A DNA stretch of 64,000 nt, from the NCBI GenBank assembly GCA_016212525.1, contig JACRGD010000007.1, forward strand, positions 284,778 through 348,777. The letters are read 5' to 3'. The stretch's first letter is position 1; every line of letters begins with the position of its first letter. The position numbers were made by a program, and so were the translations under genes. Under the pieces are notes generated by a model, which was not told the DNA's origin, searched no databases, and worked only from the letters and a program-made list of their open reading frames with translations. Shown here piece after piece: positions 55,122 through 64,000 of this stretch. The DNA is from Candidatus Micrarchaeota archaeon (GTDB taxonomy: Archaea > Micrarchaeota > Micrarchaeia > Anstonellales > Bilamarchaeaceae).

Positions 55122-56771
55122 CTAGTCACCCATGTCCATGCCTGGCATTCCGCCTGGGCCGCCTGGACCTGGACCGCTCTTTCCTCGAGAGCTGATGATA
55201 TCATCAATTCTCAAGATCAATCGTGCGGTTTCAGTAGCTGCAGACATTGCCTGTCTCTTTACTTTGGCTGGTTCGTAAACACCCGAAGCCTTAAGATCGG
55301 AAACCTTGGAATTTAGAACATCGACACCGACGCCAACTCCATCCTTTTCCTTGTGCTTGTTTCTTAGGGCAACCAAGGTATCGATTACATCCATACCCGC
55401 ATTTTCAGCAAGTGCTTTTGGAATCGATTCCAATGCTTCTGCGAACGCCTGGATTGCCAATTGTTCACGGCCACCGATCTGGATCGCGTATTCGTGGAGT
55501 TGTTTGGAGATTTCCATTTCGACAGATCCGCCACCAACTACGAATTTACCATCTTCGATTGCAGAAGCAACTGCGCCTCGTGCATCGATAACTGCGCGCT
55601 CGACTTCGGAAACGACGTGGTCGGTTCCTCCTCGGACAAAGATAGTAACTGACTTTGGATCCTTGCATTTTTCAACAAAGACCATTGCTTCGCCGCCGAT
55701 TTTTCGCTCTTCGACAGAACCGGCATAACCAAGTTCGGATTCTTTGATGTCTTCAAGAGAAGATGCAACCTGACCACCAGTTGCCCGTGCGAGCTTTTCC
55801 ATATCGCTCTTTTTGACTCTTCGAACTGCACTAATGCCGCGCTTTGCCAAGAAGTGCTGGACCAAATCATCGACACCCTTTTGACAGAAGACAACGGTTG
55901 CACCGGTCTTTTGGATCTTATCGACCATATCGCGCATCATTTTTTCTTCCTGGTGCAAGAATGCTTCCATCTTGTCAGGAGAAGTGATCTCGATTTTTGC
56001 ATCTGTTTCGGTTTTCTCGATCTCTAATGCAACATCCAAAAGAAGGACTTTTGCATCCTTAATGGATTTTGGCATTCCGGAGTGAACGATTTCCTTGTCG
56101 ATCAAAACACCGCGGATAAGTTCAGTGTTCATAACATCGCCACCGGCTTTCTTTTCGACTTTGATCAGATCCAAATCAACCTTGTATTTACCGGTCTTAT
56201 TTTCAGAAACCTGCATAACTGCATCAGAAATGATCTGACCAATTTTCATTTTTTCATCTTCGCTTCCGATTCCCTTTGAACCCATGGAAACAAGTGCGAT
56301 CTTTTTGAGCGTCTCGGTGTCCTTTGGAGTAACTGGGGATGAGACAGATTCGAGAACCTTCTCGGCCTTCTTTACTGCCAATTCGTAACCTTTAATGATG
56401 ACGGTTGGGTGAATTCTCTGCTCGAGCAATTGACCAGCTGATCGAAGTAAATTACCTGCCAATACAACTGAGGTAGTAGTTCCATCACCAACTTCTTTAT
56501 CCTGAGTTTTTGCGATTTCGACCATCAGTTTTGCTGCCGGGTGGTCAACGTTCATTTCTTCCAAGATAGTCGCACCGTCGTTTGTAATGACGATATCGCC
56601 CAAATCAGAAACGAGCATCTTATCCATACCACGGGGACCTAAAGTAGTCTTGACTATGTTGGCAATAGCATAACAAATTGCGATATTCATTCGCATTGCA
56701 TCGCTGCCAAGAACTCTCTGAGATCCTTCTGGCAAATAATAAACTTGTTCTCCACTTACCTGTTTAGACAT
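55122..56771 (-). CDS. ths: Thermosome subunit (group II chaperonin)
   Basis: Contains [34 protein letters not shown] and a C-terminal [13 protein letters not shown] tail. A GAGGTG Shine-Dalgarno motif lies upstream. Confidence 0.95.
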   Translation of the reverse strand: MSKQVSGEQVYYLPEGSQRVLGSDAMRMNIAICYAIANIVKTTLGPRGMDKMLVSDLGDIVITNDGATILEEMNVDHPAAKLMVEIAKTQDKEVGDGTTTSVVLAGNLLRSAGQLLEQRIHPTVIIKGYELAVKKAEKVLESVSSPVTPKDTETLKKIALVSMGSKGIGSEDEKMKIGQIISDAVMQVSENKTGKYKVDLDLIKVEKKAGGDVMNTELIRGVLIDKEIVHSGMPKSIKDAKVLLLDVALEIEKTETDAKIEITSPDKMEAFLHQEEKMMRDMVDKIQKTGATVVFCQKGVDDLVQHFLAKRGISAVRRVKKSDMEKLARATGGQVASSLEDIKESELGYAGSVEERKIGGEAMVFVEKCKDPKSVTIFVRGGTDHVVSEVERAVIDARGAVASAIEDGKFVVGGGSVEMEISKQLHEYAIQIGGREQLAIQAFAEALESIPKALAENAGMDVIDTLVALRNKHKEKDGVGVGVDVLNSKVSDLKASGVYEPAKVKRQAMSAATETARLILRIDDIISSRGKSGPGPGGPGGMPGMDMGD

Positions 56772-56946
56772 AATCCATACACCTCTATAAAAATCGTTTT
56801 TCTTTTGGTTTTTTTAGTTTTTAAAATAAGTTTTTGTTAGCTATATGATAAAGAGTAGATTTTATAAAAATAGCGATTTTGACTCAATGCAGTGTATCGA
56901 TTCACAAAAATAAACAGTTATATGCTCTTTCTAACACAATAGAAAC

Positions 56947-57909
56947 ATGAATCTGCTTCATCTGGCCCAAATCAGGGAAAACGATTCCTTACGCAGAGAC
57001 GTAGCCAGGCGAGCAGAGGATTCTGGAAAAAGGCTTGGTCAGCGGATGGGTGGAATAAAATTACCCAAATGGGCAGCAAAACCTGAGAGTTATTTACTAG
57101 GGGAGATCGAGCGAGTAAAGTTCGAATTATTATTAGTAGCAAAAGCAGAGGGCATAAGAATTACGCCTGAAATAGATCGCAAAATCGAGACAATAGCAAG
57201 GGAAAATTTTACAAGAGGCGAAATACCCCGAGCTCAGATAACCGAAATATTTGGAAGAAAACCACCTCGGGAAGTCTGGGAAGCTCAATCGAATAACGAT
57301 CTTGGATACTTCCGTCCAGAGCACAGATTAATTTTCATTTTCAGCCCACAACAAGTTGATATGACTCACGAACACGAACTTGTCCATGTTCTACACCATT
57401 CGAGATATCCAGGACAGTTCTCGCCCTGGCGAGGCCAGAGAACAGTAAGAATGACATATCTAGATGGGGCGGCAGACTACTTTTCTACAGATCGAGATAC
57501 AATGAGAACATTTGAAATCGAGACTGCCAGACTAGGAGAGAAACTTGTAGAACTTGGAATACATGCAAATGACTTAGTCATAGCCGAGAAACTAAGAGAA
57601 CTTAGAGACGAGGGAAGATTAAGAATCGAAAGAGTGAATCGACAAGAATGTCTGATTTTTAGTTATGGAGATACTGCCCGAGGATACGACATAAAAGCAG
57701 AAGATCAGGTTAGATATATAGCAGGAAGACGCTTCTTCGAACTCCTGACCCGAGAAACGGGAGAAGACGAATTGTTCGAGAGAGTTGCCAGTGTGCCTCC
57801 AAGAACAATGGAACATATCCACAAACCTCATACATATCTTGAATACGCCAAAACAGTGGGACCGCTCGAGCGAGCTTTGATTTGGGCAAGCGGGCAATTA
57901 CCAATTTAG
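56947..57909 (+). CDS. Hypothetical protein with an HExxH motif (possible zincin-like metallopeptidase)
   Basis: Contains MTHEHELVHVLHH (HELVH). It is Arg/Glu-rich with no signal peptide. I cannot assign a family. Confidence 0.4.
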   Translation: MNLLHLAQIRENDSLRRDVARRAEDSGKRLGQRMGGIKLPKWAAKPESYLLGEIERVKFELLLVAKAEGIRITPEIDRKIETIARENFTRGEIPRAQITEIFGRKPPREVWEAQSNNDLGYFRPEHRLIFIFSPQQVDMTHEHELVHVLHHSRYPGQFSPWRGQRTVRMTYLDGAADYFSTDRDTMRTFEIETARLGEKLVELGIHANDLVIAEKLRELRDEGRLRIERVNRQECLIFSYGDTARGYDIKAEDQVRYIAGRRFFELLTRETGEDELFERVASVPPRTMEHIHKPHTYLEYAKTVGPLERALIWASGQLPI

Positions 57910-57962
57910 AGCGCGATCATCGAATCTATAAAAAACCGTCCGTACAAATATCGTTTGAGAAT

Positions 57963-59285
57963 ATGGATCTAGGACAAAAACTGCGAGAAGCACTTGCCAA
58001 ACTTACAAACAAACCATACGTGAGTGAGGAAGATGTCAAACTATTAGTCAAGGAGCTCCAGCGGGCGCTCATTTCATCAGATGTAAATGTCAAACTGGTT
58101 TTAGCAATTTCAAAGCGAATCGAAGAGAGGGCGTTAAAATCGGAAAAACTTTCGGCCCTAAGTCTCAAGGAGCATGTGATGAAGGTTGTCTATGACGAAC
58201 TTGCATTAATGATGGGCGAGAGCTATTCGCCAAGACTCGATCGACACAAAATTCTGGTTTGCGGACTCTATGGATCTGGAAAGACTACAAGCTGCGGCAA
58301 GATCGCACATTTTTATAGGAGCAAGGGATTAAGTGTCGGCTTAGTTGGAGCAGATACGGACCGACCAGCGGCCAGAGAACAGCTAGAGCAGATCGCAAAA
58401 ACAGTCGGTGCTACATATTATACTAATAAAGAAGAGAAGAATCCGGCCAGAATAGTAAAAGAGGCAATGGAAAAATCCAAAGACGATGTTTTGATTGTAG
58501 ATTCTGCAGGCCGAAGTGCGTTTGACGAAGCATTAGTAGGCGAGTTGAAGGCGGTCGCAGACCAATTAAAACAAGACGAGACATTTTTAGTTCTAAGTGC
58601 AGACATAGGCCAGATTGCAGGCAAGCAGGCAACCGAGTTTAACAGTGCAGTCCCACTCTCAGGAGTAATAGTAACCAAGATGGATGGATCTGGAAAGGGC
58701 GGAGGCGCACTCTCGGCCGTAGGTGCATCAAATGCCAAAATTGCATTTATTGGAGTTGGCGAAAAACCAGCGGACCTTGAGATATATAATGCACAGAAAT
58801 TTGTCGGCAGGCTCTTGGGAGTCCCTGACTTCGAGGGTCTTCTCGAGAAAATCAAGAAGATTTCGGAAGAAAATGATCTTAAAAAAATCGAGAGTGACGA
58901 GCTGACGATCGAAACATTTTACGATCAGCTAAAGGCCATGAAAAAACTCGGACCGCTAGGCAATGTCATGTCGATGATGGGCCTAAATGATGTTCCAAAA
59001 GAATATGCGCAGCAATCCGAAGAGAAACTAAAGAAATTCGAGGCCATGATTGGATCGATGACTCGGGCCGAGAAGAAAGATGCCAAACTCCTTAAGAACA
59101 ATGTCTCGCGCATAGGACGAATCGCACGCGGCTCGGGCTGCACTGAAAAAGAAGTAAAGGAATTTTTGAACCAATTCGAGAAAATGGAGAAAATGGTTGG
59201 GATGTTCAAACACAACCGCGGCTTTAGAAAGAAAATGGAAAAAATGATGAGCGGCGTATCCCCAAATATTAAGATGGGAATGTGA
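57963..59285 (+). CDS. srp54: Signal recognition particle protein SRP54
   Basis: Contains GLYGSGKTTSCGKIA (G1), DTDRPAA, TKMDGSGKGGGALS and a Met-rich M domain. I prefer ATG 57963 (MDLGQKLREALAKL, the typical SRP54 N-terminus). The track start at 57882 would overlap the upstream gene. Confidence 0.92.
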   Translation: MDLGQKLREALAKLTNKPYVSEEDVKLLVKELQRALISSDVNVKLVLAISKRIEERALKSEKLSALSLKEHVMKVVYDELALMMGESYSPRLDRHKILVCGLYGSGKTTSCGKIAHFYRSKGLSVGLVGADTDRPAAREQLEQIAKTVGATYYTNKEEKNPARIVKEAMEKSKDDVLIVDSAGRSAFDEALVGELKAVADQLKQDETFLVLSADIGQIAGKQATEFNSAVPLSGVIVTKMDGSGKGGGALSAVGASNAKIAFIGVGEKPADLEIYNAQKFVGRLLGVPDFEGLLEKIKKISEENDLKKIESDELTIETFYDQLKAMKKLGPLGNVMSMMGLNDVPKEYAQQSEEKLKKFEAMIGSMTRAEKKDAKLLKNNVSRIGRIARGSGCTEKEVKEFLNQFEKMEKMVGMFKHNRGFRKKMEKMMSGVSPNIKMGM

Positions 59286-59362
59286 ACTAGTCTCAAGGTC
59301 GCTTAGTCCTCTCAAATGTGCACAATAGAGTTAAAAGGTGTAGTTAGAATAAGTATTCATAT

Positions 59363-60160
59363 ATGACAACTAAAAAGTTGTTCCTGACGGTTGCCACGAT
59401 CGCGACTCTAAGTTGCAACGTCAGACTTGATGTTCTATATCCACTCGCACCGCCTCCAAGAACCTGCAATTTGGCTGAACCATTAGCCGACACAATTCGA
59501 GATCCCAGAGCAGGAATAACGCGATTTGATCAATTTAAACGTAGACTTACACACAGAGGGTTCTGCCGCATTTTTGAAACGCAGTATGCCACTGCACAAC
59601 AAACAGGCTATAGCGCCATAACAGTCGCAAACAATAACAAAATATATGTCTTTAGAAATGACAGATTCTCATTTACGGCAAATATGCCAGATCAACAAAA
59701 TCGAACAGCCCTGACGATAGTCCCTTGTTTGGATAATCGGATTTGTCTATATGCGCTTAATTGGAATCAAGAAGGTACAAGACATCTCTTAGAGGCAAAA
59801 TTGAATGTTTATGACATTGAAAGCCGAACTTCCAATCCACTAGTTACGATTTCATTGCAACGTGCACCTGGGGAAAATGGAGAAACCATTGATGTACTTA
59901 GAGAAAATGCCTATCGGATGTATTCGCCATTTATAATTGAAGATGCAACAGGAGGCGGAATAACAGTATTTGCCAGAAGATCACTCTCTAGAGAAGCCTG
60001 TGATCAAACAGTCTGGACACATGCATACACATTTAGAATACGTGAGGAATCAGAACAGTATTTCATTCGGACTTCCAGAGTCCTAACCGAACTATATCGG
60101 GCATGTCCATGTGCAGAGGGATACATAGATCGCTGCGAGAATGAAAGAAATCCAGATTAA
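59363..60160 (+). CDS. Hypothetical secreted/lipoprotein-like Cys-rich protein
   Basis: The N-terminus MTTKKLFLTVATIATLSC looks like a signal/lipobox. Ten Cys are present. No family was recognised. Confidence 0.45.
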   Translation: MTTKKLFLTVATIATLSCNVRLDVLYPLAPPPRTCNLAEPLADTIRDPRAGITRFDQFKRRLTHRGFCRIFETQYATAQQTGYSAITVANNNKIYVFRNDRFSFTANMPDQQNRTALTIVPCLDNRICLYALNWNQEGTRHLLEAKLNVYDIESRTSNPLVTISLQRAPGENGETIDVLRENAYRMYSPFIIEDATGGGITVFARRSLSREACDQTVWTHAYTFRIREESEQYFIRTSRVLTELYRACPCAEGYIDRCENERNPD

Positions 60161-60335
60161 CGAATTACTCAGTAATTCAGTAAGTCCCTTAGATCTCCTG
60201 GTTCGACCGCCGCAGCCCAGGGACGACTGGATTCTGCGGCTCCATTGACAGCATAAGAAGACAGAGAAACCCGACTGTGGAAGAAGATGTTCGGATTCAC
60301 TGCTACTCGTTAGAGATGGGGATTTAAAATCACGA

Positions 60336-60722
60336 ATGCTAATTTTACTTATGAATAAAGACGTTGACCTTTGGATGAAACAGGCAACGGACGATCTTAA
60401 GACTGCCCAATCAAACTTTCGCAGTGAGATCTATTATGCCGCCTGTTTCTTTTCTCAACAAAGCGTCGAGAAGGCACTTAAGGCAATATACATAAAAGAA
60501 CACAACGAGTTAGCCAGAGTACACGACTTAGTATTTCTTTCAAAGAAAGTCGAATTACCATCAGAATTTCTCACGGGATGCAAATATCTGGCCAGAGTTT
60601 ATATTGAAGCAAGATATCCAAGTGAAATTCAAACTCCATCTGAACTTTTCACAAAACAGGACACAGAAAAATGCATAGAAATCGCAAGAGGAATATTAAA
60701 ATGGGCAAAAACCAGAATCTGA
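60336..60722 (+). CDS. HEPN-domain protein (toxin component of a HEPN/MNT module)
   Basis: Contains FFSQQSVEKALKA and ARVHDL (Rx4-6H-type motif) plus the ARYP ending typical of HEPN. A nucleotidyltransferase gene is adjacent. Confidence 0.75.
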   Translation: MLILLMNKDVDLWMKQATDDLKTAQSNFRSEIYYAACFFSQQSVEKALKAIYIKEHNELARVHDLVFLSKKVELPSEFLTGCKYLARVYIEARYPSEIQTPSELFTKQDTEKCIEIARGILKWAKTRI

Positions 60723-60724
60723 TA

Positions 60725-61018
60725 ATGAAGCTTAAAGAATTCAAAAAAGCAGTTTCAATAAAACTCCCAGTCGAACGGATGATTTTTTTCGGCAGTCGAG
60801 CCACGGGTAACGCTGGCAAATGGAGCGACGTAGATCTCATCATAGTTTCAAAAAAATTCAAACAGGTTAAGCCACTAGAGCGAGGCCATGAACTTTATGA
60901 TTATTGGAAATTAGACTATCCGGTCGATTTTCTCTGTTATTCACCTGACGAATTCGAAAAAGCAAAGAAACGCATTGGTCTTGCATCGGAAGCTCTGAAA
61001 AACGGAATTACGATCTAA
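60725..61018 (+). CDS. Minimal nucleotidyltransferase (MNT) antitoxin partner
   Basis: Contains FFGSRATGNAGKWSDVDLIIVS (GSx10-12DxD pol-beta NTase motif). I chose ATG 60725 because it avoids an overlap with the HEPN gene. Confidence 0.75.
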   Translation: MKLKEFKKAVSIKLPVERMIFFGSRATGNAGKWSDVDLIIVSKKFKQVKPLERGHELYDYWKLDYPVDFLCYSPDEFEKAKKRIGLASEALKNGITI

Positions 61019-61023
61019 AAGAG

Positions 61024-62169
61024 TTACTCATAAGTCCTTGTCCACATTTCCTTGGCCAGCTTGCCGCTCTTCATAAAAATCTCGATCTGACTTTCCGCTT
61101 TCTTTTTGTTTTCCCGATGCGTTTTTAGGAATGCGGTAATTTTTTCAATCAAAAGCATCTTCATCTCTCCAGAGAGCATCTTGCCCGATCGATAATCATC
61201 GTGGATCTGTCTTAGCTTTGCATCATCCGGCTCGAAAAGGATTGAGAGCCATTGATACGGAACATCAATACTCGTATCGCCACCGAGTTTTCGATGTTCT
61301 TCAAGAGTTGCACGACCGCCCGAGAAGGCATACTTATTGACTTTGTTCTTGACAGTCCTTTCATCATCAGTAAGAAGGATTGCAGTTTCTGCAGCGGCAC
61401 TTGAACTCATTTTCCCAGTTACACCAGTAAGTGGAGGGAGGAATTTACTGTGAATCGCCGCAGTTTTATTATATCCAAGACCTTCGGCAATATCCCTCTG
61501 CAGTCTCCAATAATTATCCTGATCAATGGCACAGGGAATAAGACATCTTTTCTTTTCAAAGAATGTCGGTATCGTTTGATAGACAGGATACATTGAAATT
61601 CCGACATTGGTCGAGTCGTCAAAACCGAAAATAGCTTTCATGGTTGAGCCAGTTACCCGCTTTGCAGCCTTAAGGAGCAGAGGGTAGACATTCCGGACGT
61701 ATTCGGTGTTTTTGAAAATAAATGTTCGATTAGGATCAAAACCCAGGGCAATGATGTCAAGTATATTATCATATGCAGCCGCTTGTACTTCATCCCATTG
61801 TCGTTCTTTTTTATGTAAAAAGCCTTCATCGTCAGTTATCTCGATGTAGAGATTCGTCTTGAAATGATTCTGAAGCCATTTAGTAAATACCAGAGGCACC
61901 AAATGACCGATGTGCATTCCCTTACTAGGTTTTCTGCCAGTATAGAGAAAGAATCCTTTTCCCTGCTCGTGATCTTTTAGAACCAGATCGAGATCCCGGT
62001 GAGAGAAAAAGAAATCCCGCCTTAACATCGGATGTAGCTCTCCAAAATCTTTTTTCATTCGCTCTTTGAGTTCGATTGAGATTCGGCTAGTTCCGAACTG
62101 TCGAGTTAGTTTATCATAATCGATGCTGCCCACGACTTCCCAGGGCGTAACAGTAAATTGATCTGCCAT
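61024..62169 (-). CDS. trpS: Tryptophanyl-tRNA synthetase, archaeal/eukaryotic type
   Basis: FLYTGRKPSKGMHIGHLVPLVFTKWLQ closely parallels the eukaryotic/archaeal TrpRS HIGH region. GKMSSS is the KMSKS-equivalent loop. Confidence 0.85.
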   Translation of the reverse strand: MADQFTVTPWEVVGSIDYDKLTRQFGTSRISIELKERMKKDFGELHPMLRRDFFFSHRDLDLVLKDHEQGKGFFLYTGRKPSKGMHIGHLVPLVFTKWLQNHFKTNLYIEITDDEGFLHKKERQWDEVQAAAYDNILDIIALGFDPNRTFIFKNTEYVRNVYPLLLKAAKRVTGSTMKAIFGFDDSTNVGISMYPVYQTIPTFFEKKRCLIPCAIDQDNYWRLQRDIAEGLGYNKTAAIHSKFLPPLTGVTGKMSSSAAAETAILLTDDERTVKNKVNKYAFSGGRATLEEHRKLGGDTSIDVPYQWLSILFEPDDAKLRQIHDDYRSGKMLSGEMKMLLIEKITAFLKTHRENKKKAESQIEIFMKSGKLAKEMWTRTYE

Positions 62170-62293
62170 AAGACTAGAAAATGATATGAAAGATTAAAAG
62201 CCACTTCTAAAGACCCATTGACCGATAGATGCGGTATATACCCTAACTATATAAACAACAAAAACGACACAGTATCAGAACAAAGGTGTCCAA

Positions 62294-62932
62294 ATGCCAT
62301 TAAAAAAATTAAAAAGTCTGTTTGTACCTGAGGATGGCCGATTTTTCGAATTGATGCAAAAACAGGCAGTAGTTGCACACAAAAGTGCAAATGCGCTCTC
62401 GGAATTATTCAAAGACCATGCGCATCTGGAGAAACATGCATCTAAGATAAGAGAACTCGAACACGAAGGAGATCAACTGATGCGGGACATCTACCTCGCA
62501 CTAAACAAAACATTCATAGTACCCATAGATCATAGCGACATTTCAGGACTTGCAGGTTCATTAGACGACATAATAGATCTAATAGATGAAGTGGCGGCAT
62601 TATTACCAATATACCGCATCAATGCACCATCACCAGCAATGGAACAGATGGCCAGAATATTGGTTGATCAGACAGAAGAGCTCAAAGGAGCAGTCGATGC
62701 AATAAATCATTCGCGAACATATAGCGAAGTAGCAAAACATTGCACCCGAATCAAGAGCCTCGAAAGCAGGGCAGATGAGATTTACTACAAATCACTTGGA
62801 GAGCTCTTTGGCAAGGAGGATGCCCTTGAGATAGTCAAACAGAAAGAGATCTTAGAGAGATTAGAGGCCGCGACAGATAAAGTCGACAAAACAGCGCAGC
62901 ACATCTCAGACATTGTAATGAAGCACTCGTAA
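62294..62932 (+). CDS. DUF47/PhoU-like putative phosphate-transport regulator (Pit accessory protein)
   Basis: The helical protein starts FVPEDGRFFELM...EHEGD, as in the YkaA/DUF47 family. It sits directly upstream of the PiT transporter, with an AGGTG Shine-Dalgarno motif. Confidence 0.7.
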   Translation: MPLKKLKSLFVPEDGRFFELMQKQAVVAHKSANALSELFKDHAHLEKHASKIRELEHEGDQLMRDIYLALNKTFIVPIDHSDISGLAGSLDDIIDLIDEVAALLPIYRINAPSPAMEQMARILVDQTEELKGAVDAINHSRTYSEVAKHCTRIKSLESRADEIYYKSLGELFGKEDALEIVKQKEILERLEAATDKVDKTAQHISDIVMKHS

Positions 62933-62942
62933 GCTGATTGAA

Positions 62943-63953
62943 ATGATTGAACTAATCATACTCACCATTTTGGTGGCACTCGCATTCGATTTCATGAATG
63001 GATTTCATGATAGTGCCAATGCCATCTCAACAGTTGTTGCGACGCGAGTTCTAACTCCGATGCAGGCAGTTTCGATGGCAGCAGTAGGAAATCTCATAGG
63101 TCCGCTGTTTTTTAGCACAGCTATCGCAGCGACAATTGGAAAAGGAATTATAGATACTAAAGTAATCCAGACGATCTTGCCTCAGGAAACATTTGTAATA
63201 ATGATACTTGCAGCATTAATTGGGGCGATCGTATGGGACATATTAACATGGTATTTTGGCATACCTGTCTCGAGTAGTCATGCACTCATAGGCGGACTTA
63301 TTGGAGCGGCATTAGTTGCAGTCGGTCCGAGCGTTCTTTTGTATGATGGAATCGGAAGGGTCCTCGCATTCATAGTCATTTCACCCGTTTTGGGATTTGT
63401 AAGTGCATTCTTAATGGCATTATTAGTCATGCGACTATTGAGAAACAGCGCACCAGATAAGGTCAATGACTGGTTCAAAAAACTCCAGTTGATTTCGGCA
63501 TTCTTTTACTCAGTAACTCATGGAACCAACGATGCACAAAAAACAATGGGAATAATAACAATTTTACTCATAGCAGGCGGATACCTCACCCAATTCGAAA
63601 TTCCGCTCTGGGTCATTTTAGCATGCCACGTGGCAATCAGCCTTGGAACATGGTTAGGCGGCTGGAGAATAGTAAAAACTATGGCACATAAGATAACCGA
63701 ACTCAAACCATATCAGGGATTCTGTGCTGAAACAGCAGGAGGCGTTGTGTTGGTACAAATGGCTGCAATGGGGATCCCGGTGAGTACGACTCATGCAATA
63801 GCCGGAGCCATAATGGGAGTCGGCTCAACAAAAAGTCCAAAGAGTGTCCGCTGGGGACTAAGCCGCAACATAGTAATGGCATGGATTATTACGATTCCCT
63901 TTAGTGCGATTGTCGCAGCCGGAGTTTATTGGGTATTGAAATTGTTTTTCTAG
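62943..63953 (+). CDS. Inorganic phosphate transporter, PiT family
   Basis: Contains FDFMNGFHDSANAI and, in the second half, GTNDAQKTMGII (the duplicated PiT signature). It is a multi-pass membrane protein. Confidence 0.88.
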   Translation: MIELIILTILVALAFDFMNGFHDSANAISTVVATRVLTPMQAVSMAAVGNLIGPLFFSTAIAATIGKGIIDTKVIQTILPQETFVIMILAALIGAIVWDILTWYFGIPVSSSHALIGGLIGAALVAVGPSVLLYDGIGRVLAFIVISPVLGFVSAFLMALLVMRLLRNSAPDKVNDWFKKLQLISAFFYSVTHGTNDAQKTMGIITILLIAGGYLTQFEIPLWVILACHVAISLGTWLGGWRIVKTMAHKITELKPYQGFCAETAGGVVLVQMAAMGIPVSTTHAIAGAIMGVGSTKSPKSVRWGLSRNIVMAWIITIPFSAIVAAGVYWVLKLFF

Positions 63954-64000
63954 ACCGAAATATTAGTGGCATTTAGTGTAATATTATAAACATTAGTGCC

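Noticed and set aside
57882-57962. The upstream extension of the SRP54 ORF (MGKRAITNLERDHRIYKKPSVQISFEN).
   Set aside because: The extension overlaps the preceding gene and has no counterpart in SRP54 N-domains. MDLGQKLREALAKL at 57963 matches the usual N-terminus.
60195-60225. A GGTTCGA-containing stretch that looked like a tRNA T-arm, raising the possibility of a tRNA or split-tRNA gene.
   Set aside because: I could not build a T-stem (CCTGG is followed by GCCGC, not CCAGG, at the right distance). I also could not build an acceptor stem or an anticodon arm on either strand.
1-64000. I searched for CRISPR arrays, rRNA or tRNA genes, integrases, transposases and IS inverted repeats that could explain the foreign regions.
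   Set aside because: I saw no regularly spaced short repeats, no tRNA cloverleaf, and no ORF with recombinase or transposase motifs (RHRY, DDE or serine-recombinase). Mobility of the giant locus is therefore inferred only from its composition and the acyP scar.

Overview
The window reads as a chromosomal segment of a low-GC, probably small-genome (DPANN-like) archaeon. Housekeeping markers are a group II chaperonin (thermosome), SRP54, an archaeal/eukaryotic-type TrpRS, an AbrB-PhoU regulator and a PiT phosphate transporter. Internal genes carry GGTG-type Shine-Dalgarno motifs, and several operon-first genes have a TATA-like box 21-24 nt upstream of the start codon, which suggests leaderless mRNAs.

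Layout:
- nt 1-30343: a large surface-glycan island. It holds pseudaminic-acid-type nonulosonic acid genes (PseC-, PseI-/NeuB- and PseB-like), three formyltransferase paralogues, a WbuX/HisH/HisF acetamidino module, two SpsF-type cytidylyltransferase fusion proteins, GT2/GT4 glycosyltransferases, a Wzx-like flippase and a split ADP-heptose pathway.
- nt 30357-36143: a Cys-rich secreted lipoprotein, then a DtxR/MntR-headed metal operon (two-domain multicopper oxidase, ZIP, cupredoxin, NRAMP).
- nt 37314-52553: the main hunt result. This is a compositionally foreign four-gene minus-strand operon built around one uninterrupted 13.5-kb ORF of 4,493 aa.
- nt 52.6-64 kb: a hicBA cassette bracketed by a duplicated acylphosphatase 3' end, then core genes and a HEPN/MNT pair.

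The giant protein has no N-terminal signal peptide. It has only 8 lysines by manual count, and residues 1-2389 are lysine-free. It also has a central Gly-rich hydrophobic cluster, a PI3K/PI4K-like kinase motif set, P/S/T linkers and an internally duplicated module. I could not recognise a known family for the protein as a whole or for its three small partners.

I found no rRNA, tRNA, CRISPR array, integrase or transposase. All homology statements come from reading motifs by eye and need HMM or structure searches to confirm.
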